The notes under the pieces were generated by a model. It saw only the letters and a program-made list of their open reading frames with translations. It was not told the DNA's origin and made no database searches. Shown piece by piece: positions 1-10,199 of a DNA stretch of 64,000 bases; position 1 is the stretch's first letter, and the number at the start of each line of letters is the position of its first letter. The translations under genes were made by a program, and so were the position numbers. This stretch comes from Antechinus flavipes (Eukaryota): positions 252,464,001 to 252,528,000 of the forward strand of contig NC_067403.1 of NCBI RefSeq assembly GCF_016432865.1, in the 5' to 3' direction.

Positions 1-181
1 GACCTATGGGGGAAAGGGAGTTAGGGTACCACACTCAAAGACTTTGTAGATAACACATTTAAAAAAATAGACACAATTTTAAAAAGGGTGGCACAGTTTT
101 ATACATGTTAAATGGCACTTCACCTTGAAAGAGACCTGAAGTTTGCTGGCTGAAGTGGGTTCCATCCGAAGGGCCTGCGAG

Positions 182-1927
182 CTACTGTGGAGTGACAGAC
201 CGAGGGGTGTCCAAAGCCAGGTGAGAAGCTGCACTCCCAGATGTGCTCGGGCCATTGATTTCTCGTCTCTTAAGATACACATAGGATTTCTGCTGCTTTG
301 CCAGCCTCCTCCTCTCGTACTGAAGGTGCCGGTAGGGTTCCAAATTGGTCCGGATGCCACGAGCCACTATTCTGCTGCGTTCAGCGTTGTAATCGTTGTC
401 CTCCAGCCACTGCAGCTGCTTTTCTATCACCCCTAAAACGTCAGACAACTGGACCGTGTCCAGCTGCCTGGGAGCAGCCTTCGGGCTGTCTTCCTCATCC
501 TCGTCCTCTGCCTCAGCCTGCCCTTCGGCAGCCAGCTGTCGCATGTCCTCAGAGGAGAGGCGATCAGGGGGCGCCTCTAGAAGCTCGTCTACGTCTTTCT
601 TCTTGACCCCCTCAAATCCAACTTGCTTCGCCAGATCCACGCAACTTGCCTTGATTTTTTTTAATTGCTCCGAAGGTTCGAATCCTTTAAAGTCGTGAAT
701 CAAGTCGGGGAGCATCTTCTTCCACACACGGTGCAGACACTCTCTGGTGACATCGTTCCAGGCTTCAACGATGATGTCGATGGCCATTTTGATGTTAAAT
801 CGCTTCCAGAACTCGATAACGGTCTCTGCATTCTCCCCTCCGGTGGCCGAGAGCAGCATCTTAAATGTTCGCCTCAGGTAGTAAGCCTTGAACAGGGCTA
901 TCACCCCTTGACCCAGGGGCTGGATCAGGGAGGTGGTTTCAGGGGGCAGAAAGATGAATTTGACATTGGGATTGAGCTCAGCGATGGTCAGGGGATGGCT
1001 CGGTGCGTTATCGATAATTATGAGAATCTTAAAAGCCAAGTTCTTTTTCTTGCAATAATCCTCTAGAACGGGGAAGAATTCGGCAAAAATGTCGATGCAG
1101 ACTTGGGCCGTCATCCAGCCCTTCTTGCTGTAGCGGTAGTGAACCCCGAGGCTGGCCCTGACGATGCCCCTCAAGGCCTGAGGATTGGCCGAGCGGTACA
1201 CCACTACGGGCTTGAGCTTCAGGTCCCCGCTGGCGTTGGCGCCCAGTAGGACGGTCACCCGGTCCTTGGCCGCCTTCGGCCCGGGCCCGTGCTTCTCGGC
1301 CCTGGAGATGTAGGTGCGTCGCGGCATGCGCTTGTAGTAGAGGCCCGTCTCGTCGAAGTTAAAGATCTGGTCGAGCGTGTAGCCCTCCTCCTTGACCAGC
1401 TTCTGGATGAGCGCCGGCAGCTCCTTGGCCGCCTTGAGCTGCGCGCTGGCCGCCTCGCCCAGCAGCTGCAGGCTCTGGAAGTTGTAGCGATGCTTGAAGC
1501 CGCTGAACCAGCCGCAGCTCGCCCGGAACGGCGCCACCTCGCCGGGGTTGGACGACTTGCGCTTCAGGTCGGCATAAATGGACAGGGCCTTGCCCTTGGC
1601 GGTCAGGAACGTGGTGCCCGACCTCTTGCCCTCCATCCACAGGCTCAGCAGCCTCTCCATCTCCTCGATCTCCCTGGGCCGCCCCCGGATGGACTTGGCT
1701 GCGCTCGTGCCGGTGCCGGTCCGGGACGTCTCCTTGATCTTGACCGCGTTGTCGCGGATGGTGCGCAGCGTTGACTCCTTGAGGCCCGTGGCGCGGGAGA
1801 TGTCGCACGTCCTCTCGTTGCCCTCAAAGCGCTTGATGATGTCCAGCTTCTCCTTGATGCTCAGGGCTTTCCTCTTGCCGGCCCCTCCGCCGCCCCCGGG
1901 CAGCTTGGAGCCCGGGCGCTTGGACAT
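182..1927 (-). CDS. Tigger/pogo transposase-derived protein (TIGD1-like), single coding exon, 581 aa
   Basis: Uninterrupted ORF from ATG at 1927 (context ggacATGt, purine at -3) to TAG at 182. It has an N-terminal CENP-B/psq-type HTH (KRKALSIKEKLDIIKRF...LRTIRDN), a second HTH (EMERLLSLW...FRASCGWFSGFKHRY) and a DDE_1 domain (IFNFDETGLYYKRMP, KDRVTVLLGANASGDLKLKP, IIDNAPSH, LPPETTSLIQPLGQGVI). No specific TIGD symbol can be assigned from sequence alone. Confidence 0.9.
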   Translation of the reverse strand: MSKRPGSKLPGGGGGAGKRKALSIKEKLDIIKRFEGNERTCDISRATGLKESTLRTIRDNAVKIKETSRTGTGTSAAKSIRGRPREIEEMERLLSLWMEGKRSGTTFLTAKGKALSIYADLKRKSSNPGEVAPFRASCGWFSGFKHRYNFQSLQLLGEAASAQLKAAKELPALIQKLVKEEGYTLDQIFNFDETGLYYKRMPRRTYISRAEKHGPGPKAAKDRVTVLLGANASGDLKLKPVVVYRSANPQALRGIVRASLGVHYRYSKKGWMTAQVCIDIFAEFFPVLEDYCKKKNLAFKILIIIDNAPSHPLTIAELNPNVKFIFLPPETTSLIQPLGQGVIALFKAYYLRRTFKMLLSATGGENAETVIEFWKRFNIKMAIDIIVEAWNDVTRECLHRVWKKMLPDLIHDFKGFEPSEQLKKIKASCVDLAKQVGFEGVKKKDVDELLEAPPDRLSSEDMRQLAAEGQAEAEDEDEEDSPKAAPRQLDTVQLSDVLGVIEKQLQWLEDNDYNAERSRIVARGIRTNLEPYRHLQYERRRLAKQQKSYVYLKRREINGPSTSGSAASHLALDTPRSVTPQ

Positions 1928-1949
1928 GTCCGGGCCGGGGGCGAGCGCC

Positions 1950-3250
1950 GGCCTTAAGCAGGGACACGGTAGCGATGGGCGGCGCCGCCGGGGCAGGGGC
2001 CGCTCAGCCAACCTCCAAGGAGGACTCCCGGGGCGCGGGCCCCCGACGATGGCGGCGGCGGCGGCGGCGGCGGGCGGTCCGTCCTTGTGTGCTCCGAGGA
2101 GGTCGGGACCCAGGCTCGGAGCCGACTGCGCCGTTCTCGCTGCTTCTCGAGGGCAAAGTCGCAGACTGGCAAACGCGGGGTGCGCGGCGCGGCGCCACCG
2201 GACAAAGCGATCAAGTTGGAAGGGATTCGCGCTTTGGAGCGGAACTGACAGTCCCTCCGAAGGGAATTACCGGGAAGGCGAGGCGGGGAGAGGGAGGGAC
2301 TCGAAGCCCTCCCGAATTTTTTTTTTTTTTTTTTTGGTAACGGGTCATAACGCATGCGCCTAGTTGCAGGCTCTAGGTCTGGGGAATGCGATCGCGGGAA
2401 GAGCAATTGACGTGTGTGGGGGACTTCTTGAGTCAGAGCGCATGCGCAGACTGCTCCTCTTCGGGGCGGGCGGCTTTCCCGGCCTCCCGCATTGCGCAGG
2501 CGCAGATCGTCACTGAGGCTCCCAAGTTGAGGCGGCAGAGCCGGCCACGGCGCGGTTATAGCGGATTCCCACGTGAAGGGCCGATCTCGCCTGAGCCCGT
2601 GAGTCCGAACTGAGGCGGGGAGGGCCGTCTCGGGCCGGAGAGACGAAACACCTGGTTACCGTGGCGGTGCGGGCTCGCGTATGCGGAGCGAGGCGCCGCG
2701 GGGTCTGGGGAAGCGTAGCCCGAGCGAGTCAGAAGATCGGGGAGGGCTCGAGACAGGGGCCCCGTTGCTAGGCAACTGGGGGCGGCGTTGCTAGGCAACC
2801 CGGGCGCCCCCGTGGACCGCTCCTGGGGGCAAGAAAGAAGTGGGCGAGGGCGCGGGGGGAGGGGGGACGGGAGGCGCGGGGCTCGGCGATCTCCGAAACC
2901 GGGAGTGTTCCGGAGGCGCCCCTGCGGGGGTCCTCACGCCCGCCGGCCCCCCGCCTGCGCAGCCTGCCCCGCCGGAGGCGCCGCCCAGTCGGCTTTGGCA
3001 GCGCGCCCCGCGGGCGAATATAGCTCCGGTGGCTGCCCGGGCTCGGGGGAGCTGCCCCCGCGACAGCTGCTGCCTGGCCCGGGCTGCCAAGGCCTGTGTC
3101 GGACGTGGGGGGGAGGGGGGGCGCAGGGCGTGCACCCCGGGGCCCGCGAGTGGCCAGAACTACTGCCCCGACGGCTAAAAACCCCGGCCCCCTGGGAAGG
3201 GGCAGCGGGAGGGCGTGGACCCCGGGAACCCGCGGGTGGCTAGAGCCACG
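1950..3250. promoter_or_regulatory. CpG island / probable bidirectional promoter between the TIGD-like gene and TMEM109
   Basis: Very high CpG density. NRF1-type motifs CGCATGCGC (2351-2359), GCGCATGCGCA (2438-2448) and TGCGCAGGCGCA (2493-2504); TGACGT (2408-2413); TGAGTCA (2429-2435); poly-T run (2317-2335). Confidence 0.75.
2764..2799. promoter_or_regulatory. Two tandem RFX X-box motifs
   Basis: GTTGCTAGGCAAC occurs exactly twice (2764-2776 and 2787-2799) and matches the RFX consensus GTNRCN(0-3)RGYAAC. Confidence 0.65.
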
Positions 3251-3479
3251 CCCCCATGCCTGGGGACCCTCGGCCCTTTAGGGAGGAGCCTGGAAGCCCA
3301 AGGGCAGACAGAGCCACGCCCCTGACATCTGGGCGTTTGCGACCCCTCCCTCCTCGTAGCTCAGCGTGCAGGTGGGACATGCAGGAATGGGATTAGAATT
3401 CTGGTCCAGGAGCTCAGACCCATCCTCGGCCCCGGAGTGCTGGGGCTCAGAGAGCTATTTATTGTTCAGGCGTTTTTTT

Positions 3480-3665
3480 CCTGTCTGTCCAGCTCGTGAC
3501 TTCTTTGGGGATTTTCTTAGCAGAGACACTGGAGGGGTTGGCCATTTTCTTTTGCAGCTCATTTTACAGATGAGGAAACTGAGGCAGACAAAGCTAAGTG
3601 ACTTGCCCAGGGTCACACAGCTAGTGAGTGTCCGAGGCCGGATGTGTCCTCCCGACTCTGGCGCT
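3480..3665 (-). mobile_element. MIR/Mar1-type CORE-SINE fragment
   Basis: Core sequence cattttacagatgaggaaactgaggc...gtgacttgcccagggtcacacagctagt. Confidence 0.7.
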
Positions 3666-6379
3666 CTGCTCCCCCCATGATGGCTTTGTAGCCCGTTCAG
3701 TCGTAGCCTTTGGGTTCAGTTCGATTCAGCCAGCGTTTCTTAAGTACCCAGTATGTGCCAGCTCTCCTTCCCTTTCACCCCAGTGCCTCTGGCTCCCTTC
3801 GTCCTCATCCCTGCAGGTCCAGCCCCCAGCCTCTTATCAGCTCCTTCTTCCTGGCCTGAGCTGTGCCTCTGGCCCCCCTTCATCCTCACCCCTGCAGGTC
3901 CAGCCTCCAACCTCTTATCGGGCCCCCTCCTGGCCCGAGCATCTCCCCTGAGCCTCTGGGGCTGCAAGTCAGTGGCCTTAACCACGATGCAGAGAGTGAC
4001 TCAGAATGCGGAGATGCCCCGACAGGAGGAAGGAACTGGGGGCACCGGGAGGAGCCGGGCAGCCCCACCCCGCTCTGCCTGAAGAAGCGAGAGCCTTCCC
4101 CCCTGCTGCGGAGCCGCCGGCCACGGAGGCCTCTGGCTGGGACCGGTGGAACCACCTTCCCAAACAGAGGCGTTGCCTCCTCGCCAGCCCCACACAAAAC
4201 CAGGAACTGGGAGCCCCGGCTTTGGGCCTTCCAAGGCTTGGCTGTCACCCCAGTCTATCTGGGCTGGCCTCTATTGTTTGAGCTGGCTGTGTTGCCTAAT
4301 GCCTCAAGCTTTTTTAAAATCTGATCCCCTTGGACGGGATGTCAGCCCAGTCCCCCATAGCCCCCTCCTGCCGTCCTTCCCACTCCTGGGTGAACCTTTG
4401 ACCCACAGGTCAGATAAGAAAAACCTGCCTTATTTGGACAAGTCCCTTTGTCTCTGAATCTTAGTTTTCTTATCTGTAAAATGGGTCCCCTAGACTCTGT
4501 TCCTCTGACTTCCTTAGTGTCAGGACCTAATGGAGAAAAAGACTCAGGCAGCCGCCATCTGCCGGCAGAGGAGAGGACCCTCCGGCTCCCTGGCCAGAGG
4601 AGAGGCTGGAACCCCGGGGCTCCCCCTCTCTGCCATTTCTCAGCCTCGGGTCTCAGCTCATAAAAGAGACCCAGTGGTCTCTCTGGTCCCTCCCCAGGGG
4701 TTCTCATTCGGCAGTTTGTCTTAGCCCCCTTGGGTTCCCCCTGCGCCCTGGGCGCCGAGGCAGTGCAAGCTAAGGGTCAGACGGCTTTGGAGTGTAGAGG
4801 AAGGAGGGCAGTTAAGGACTCGGTGTGAGGGGCTCCGCGGGCATCTCCTCCCTCTGCCCACAGCTGGAACGGAGGCTGAGCCGGCCGAGCGAGGCGATCG
4901 CCACCGCTGACCTTCTCAAGTGGAGGCGGGGATGTGTCCCATCGTTCTCGGGGAGGGAGGGGGATCTGATAGCGAATCTTAACTCGCACTTGGCACGCTC
5001 CCCGGCAAGTTCCTGACTTGGCCGCGACCCAGCTGCCTCCGCCTTTGGCTCGCCTCCTCTCGGCCTTGGCAGCCGGTGGCCGTCTGTCCCCGGCGGAGGC
5101 TCGCTCGGGGCAGCCTCCCTCCTCGGCAGCTGTCCCCGGCCCATTTCACCGTCTCCAGCAGGACAGGATAGAGCAGCTTCTTCTCTTCCTTCAGAGCCGG
5201 GAAAGCTGGGAAATGGGTCTGCCCCCTCGGTGGCTCCCGGGCTGAGATTTCCAGCTCATTGTTTGGGTGCCATGGTAACCTAGCAAACTTGGCTGCCCTG
5301 CCATCTGCCAGCAGGTGGGACCGCCCTGAAGCCTCCAGGTTCCCCTTCCCGCTCCCTCCCTCTGTGCTCCGGGAGGAGGAGAAAAAGAGGAAGAAGAGGG
5401 CTGGCCGGCCGCCCTCCCGGAGCTGGCACGGCCCCTCACCGGAGCTTCCCTTCCCCACCGGAGCTTGGTGGGGGGCAGTCTTTAAGTGAATTAGCCCAGC
5501 TGCCAGTTTCTGCCCTTGAATACTCTGGCCGCTGGGGAGCTCACTACTCTGTGCTTTCTGACCTTCCCTTCGCAGTCCCTTTTCATCCATTGGGGCTGTG
5601 AGAGCCCGCCCTTTGAGGCCCATGACCTAAGAAAGCAGTGGGGCAGAATGAGAGAGGGCTGGACCTGAAAGGCCGGGGGGCAAGTCCTGCCTTTTGCCAT
5701 TTGTGGCAAGTCTCGGGTCAGGTCATTTCCCTGAGTCTCAGTTTCCTCATTTGTAAAATAAACTGCAGCACCTGCCCCGGGGTGTGTGGGAGGCCGTGTG
5801 AGCTGGAGTATCAGAGGATCGCGCAGGCTGATAATCGCTGGCTCCTGGCGGCCTCAGCCGCGGAGTCCGGCCCTCGGGCCTCCGATGAGGAAATGGAATT
5901 CCGTGGGAGGCGGGCGGCTCACCTGGGCCGGACAGCCGGGAGCCCGTCCGCTCTCTGCCCCGGTGTTGCTCCCTGGCTGTGTCACTGACGCTGGTGCGTG
6001 GGACCCTCAGTAAGAAACGCCCCCGCCCGGTGCCATCCAGCACGGCTCTCTGAGAGGCCCTCGTGCTCCTGGCCTTTTCTCCACTCCCAGCCACGCTTCT
6101 CATCGCCAGCCCAGTCTCCCATCCAGTCACGTCGGCCCTTGGGGACCTCTGGGTGGCGACCGGGCACAGAGCACCGGCCTCTGAGTTCAGATCCTGCCTC
6201 CATCACTAGCTGTGTGACCTGTTCACCCTCTTGGCCGCATCTGTGAAATGAGCTGGAGACAGAAAGGGCAAACCCAGAAAAGCCCAGAGTCCGGCCGGAT
6301 TGTGATGGCCGGACACTAACACCAGGGCAAGCCTGTGTCTATCAGCCCGTTCTCGTTCCCAGGCCTCCTCCTCCTTGGT

Positions 6380-6645
6380 CTCCTTTGGGCCGCCTCCCCT
6401 CCCCCCTGGGCTCCTTTGGGCCGCCTCCCCTCCCCCCTGGGCTCCTTTGGACCGCCTCCCCTCCCCCCCACCCCCTGTCTCCTTTGGGCCGCCTCCCCTC
6501 CCCCCCTGGCTCCTTTGGGCCGCCTCCCCTCCCCCCCTGGTCTCCTTTGGGCCGCCTCCCCTCCCCCCTGGGCTCCTTTGGGCCGCCTCCCCTCCCCCCT
6601 GGGCTCCTTTGGGCCGCCTCCCCTCCCCCCTGGGCTCCTTTAGGC
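6380..6645. repeat. 31-bp GC-rich minisatellite, about 9 copies
   Basis: Unit ctcctttgggccgcctcccctcccccctggg starts at 6380, 6411, 6442, 6479, 6510, 6542, 6573, 6604 and 6635. Confidence 0.9.
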
Positions 6646-7029
6646 CTCCTTGACACTTCCTTCTCAGGAGGCCCTGGAAAGCGCCAGGTTGAGGCAGCCA
6701 TGTGCTGGGCTTCTGAGCCCCCTGTGGGCCGGCCCACCTCCCACCTTTGTGTGCCCCCCCCCACCAGAATTCAGCACTGGGCACTGTCCAGGGAGCCTTG
6801 GCTGTCGGCCAGAGCTAAAGCACGGCCCAGACGCTGGCTCCGTGTGGCCCCACCAGGCCCCATGGTCTCCATCTTGAATCCCTCCTAGCCAGCATTGGGT
6901 TGTCTTCCAGAGTCGGGGTTTGGGCTGTGGGCCAGTCTGGCTGACTGTTCCCGGGAGGAGGTCTCGGGGTTCCCCGGGGCTCCAAGTCTACAGCGATGCC
7001 TTTCCCCCTTCCCACTGGCAGGCAGAGCC

Positions 7030-8857
7030 ATGCTGAGATTGGGCAGCAGATTCCTGATGGGGCGAGCTGTGCCCAAGGCCCTCCTGGCAGCCTTCGTGGC
7101 CCTCCTCCTCGTTCTGCACGTGGCAAGTTCCCAGCAAGACTTCCAGTCAAGGAAACCGCAGAAGAAGGACCCCCCGGCCGACTTCCTGTCGCAGACAGGG
7201 TGGGCCATTCGGGAGACCATGGACGCCTGGATTGGGCCCGACGTCATGCACGTGGTGGCCGAGGTGAGGAGCCTTCCCGCTGGGCGAGCGACGGCGGCTG
7301 GCGTGGGCGACAGGTCCAGAGAAGGGGCGAGCGGATCCTCTTGGCACTTCGGGAAGATTTGGGGAAATCGGGTCAGCGTGTGCCTGGAAGGGGGACTGGG
7401 GAGAGCCCACCCTGCCGCTGTGTGGTCCCTGATCTCACGTGTAGTCCCCACCTCCTCCTTCCCCGGTCCCTTCCCTTCTCTCAGGGAAAAAGGTGGGGAA
7501 AGGGCCCAAATAGCGGCCAAGCCACTTTGACCCATCGTGACACAGATGCTTCCCTTCTTGGTAGAGAAGAGGGAGATCGGGGCCTGACGTTTCTGAAACG
7601 GGTTCAGCCCTGGCTGATAACACCATTTAGTGGGGGAAGGGCTGACAGAAGGCCTGCTCCTTGAGCCGCTCCACATTCGGAGCTCTTAACCGAGGTGACG
7701 CCCTGAGCCTCCCTTAACGGGGAGAGGGCAGCCCACGATGACCTCGGCCCGAGTGCGGGCAGACCGAAGGGAAGGCTTCTGTCGGGGCTCCCGGAGCCCG
7801 CCGGCCCAGCTGTCCAGAATCTCAGGCTCGTGGCTTCCTCTCCCCCCACAGCAGGGGTCCTCCCCGGGGCCCGGCCCCTCGGCCAGTCTGCCTGGGAGGC
7901 CGGATGTCACTGTGCTTTGGAGCCCACGTTGATCACTGAAGGGTGAAAGGTTACATTTCAGTTAGGGGCTCTTGAAAACAAGATGTCCTTGCTGGGCCAT
8001 CCCTGGACCTTCCTCCTTTTCTCGGTGGAACCTTGGGGCCCCTCCCTGCTGCAGGAGATGGGGTGGGCTTCTCTTGGGTGCCCCCCGCCCCGAGTCAGCC
8101 AGCTGCTCCGCTCTCTCCTAGACCTTGTCCCAAGTGCTGTGGGCCGTCTCCTCTGCCATCTCCGTGGCTTGCTTCGCTCTCTCCGGGATCTCTGCGCAGC
8201 TGCTGAGCGCCATGGGGCTGGATGGTAAGGAGGGGCACGGGCGACTGCCTCGGGTGTGGGCGGCGGGCCATGGGCCGTGGGCACCGGACAGCTCGATTCC
8301 TGAGCACTTCTCCAGTTCTGGCTGTCCTGGCGGAGGCTTCTGGGCGTCCCTCCGAGGGATCGGCCCCTTCCTCTCTGGGGGCGGGGGGAGATCCTCTTGC
8401 CCCTTGAGTCTTTGAGGGTCCCTGGCCTCTCCGCGGGTCCTGCTAATGCTCCCCTGCCCCCCTCACAGGTGAGCACCTCACACAAGGCTTGAAGCTCAGC
8501 CCTGGCCAAGTGCAGACCTTCCTCCTCTGGGGAGCCGGGGCCCTCGTGGCCTACTGGGTGCTGGCCCTGCTCCTGGGCCTGCTGCTGGCCCTGCTGGGCC
8601 GGATCCTGTGGGGCCTGAAGCTGGTCCTCTTCCTGGTGGGCTTTGTGGCCGTGGTCAGGTCGGTGCCGGACCCCTCCATCCGGGCCCTGATGCTGCTGGG
8701 GCTGCTGACGCTGTACGCCCTGCTGAGCCGGCTGAGCGGGAGCCGCGCCTCGGGAGCCCAGCTGGAGGCCAAAGTGCGCGGCCTGGAGAGGCAGGTGGAG
8801 GAGCTGCGCTGGAGGCAGCGCCGGGCGGCCAAGGCCAGCCGGGGCGCCGAGGAGTAG
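7030..8857 (+). CDS. TMEM109: Transmembrane protein 109 (mitsugumin-23); join(7030..7263,8122..8224,8469..8857), 241 aa
   Basis: Spliced translation MLRLGSRFLMGRAVPKALL...DAWIGPDVMHVVAE|TLSQVLWAVSSAIS...LDG|EHLTQGLKLSPGQVQTFLLWGAGAL...LEAKVRGLERQVEELRWRQRRAAK closely matches human TMEM109. Junctions are GT-AG, the total is 726 nt in frame, and synteny with TMEM132A holds. Confidence 0.95.
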
Positions 8858-10199
8858 GCGGCCGGCCGGAGGCGAGGAGGCCCCGGATGCCGCTTCTGCG
8901 CTCCCCGAGAGACGACGGCCCGCCCCGTCCCCGCGGCCTCGCTCTCCGCTGGATCGGCTCCCGCGGCTTCCCCTCGCACCCGGGCCAGCTCCGCCGGGGA
9001 GGGTCTGACCATTCTCTGTCTCCTGTTGCTACCCTTAAGCACACCTCTGCCGTGGCCTTGACCGAGACCTCCAGGGGCGCAGGGACGGACCTCGGGGCAG
9101 CGGCCCGCCCCTCTCCGTGCCCCTCCCCCTCCGCTTCCCCCTCCCGGCTTCCCCTCCGGCCCTGCCCTGCGGACATGTGTCCTGTGCACCACCCCACGGT
9201 GGGGAGGAGACATGAGTGGTCCCTGCGGGGGCCGGAAGCCCCCCCACCCCAGGTCTTAGGGCCGCCAGTGTCAAATCTGTGACAAGTGCCTTCACTTAAG
9301 CCAGCAGTGCCTGCTTCTCGCCTGCTGTATGTAGGAATGTGTATTAGGTGTCTCGGGCGGGAGCTGGAACAGGAGCAGCCTCCTAGAACCCGACACCCAC
9401 AGCCAAAGAGCCCCGTGAGCGAGGCCTCCCCTGTTCTGGCCCCCGGAGAGGGCCCGGGGAGCTTGGACGCCCCGAGCCCCCAACTCTTCCTTCAGGAGAG
9501 CCGGCCGAACCAGCCCCACTCCAGCGTCACTGCCCAGCCGGCCAATCGGGAGGCTCCTGAGGAGCAGGCTGCCCCCCCCCCCCCAACTCGGCCACCACCG
9601 ACTTCTCTGGGAGAGCGCAGGGCAAAGGGGGAGCGCAGCCTCTGCCCCGGAACCTGGGGAGGGGACCTGGCCGAACCGGGGTTCCGGCCCGAAGAATGGC
9701 CCCGACCGAGGAGGAACCAGCTGCCAGTGATGTTTTTATCGAAGCTGAGCTCATTGGGTTTTAAATTAAGAAACGCACGCTATTTTATCTTGTTCCATAT
9801 AAAACACGTGTAATCCAAGTCTCTCGAGTTGCTTGTGATTTCCCAACATTGTCCCCCCCCCCCCACCCCCTCTTTCACAGCAGGGGGGGTGGGCGGGGCG
9901 GAAACCCCAAGTAGTTCCAGTCGCCGCCACCAGGTGGAGTCTGAGGGACGGCGCAGGGTTGGGACGGCTGCAGCCCGGGGCCGCGAATAACGCGCGCTCC
10001 CGCGACGCCCCCCCGGCCCCGCCCATCTCGCAGCTGCGCCTGCGCGATACTAAAGCGTGCTCTTGGGCTGGAACCGAGAAAGATTGAGGATTGTGGCGAG
10101 AGGGAGGGCAGGCGGGCCTGGCATCCCCTCTACCCCCGGTCCGCGCCCCCCCCCTCCCCAGGGTAAACAGACCCACACGCCCGCCTGGCACAAGCCTTT

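Noticed and set aside
1928-2011. 28-aa N-terminal extension of the transposase ORF shown in the ORF track (609 aa)
   Set aside because: It starts at TTG, not ATG, and is low-complexity Pro/Arg sequence from the CpG island. Family homology begins at the ATG at 1927.
1-2400. Active autonomous Tigger transposon
   Set aside because: No TIR/TA-TSD pair was recognised and the third catalytic Asp is lost. Only 181 bp of 3' flank is visible, so a distant TIR remnant cannot be fully excluded.
9700-10000. TMEM109 polyadenylation signal
   Set aside because: Only non-canonical hexamers (TATAAA near 9798, AATAAC near 9987) are present, so no site can be assigned with confidence.
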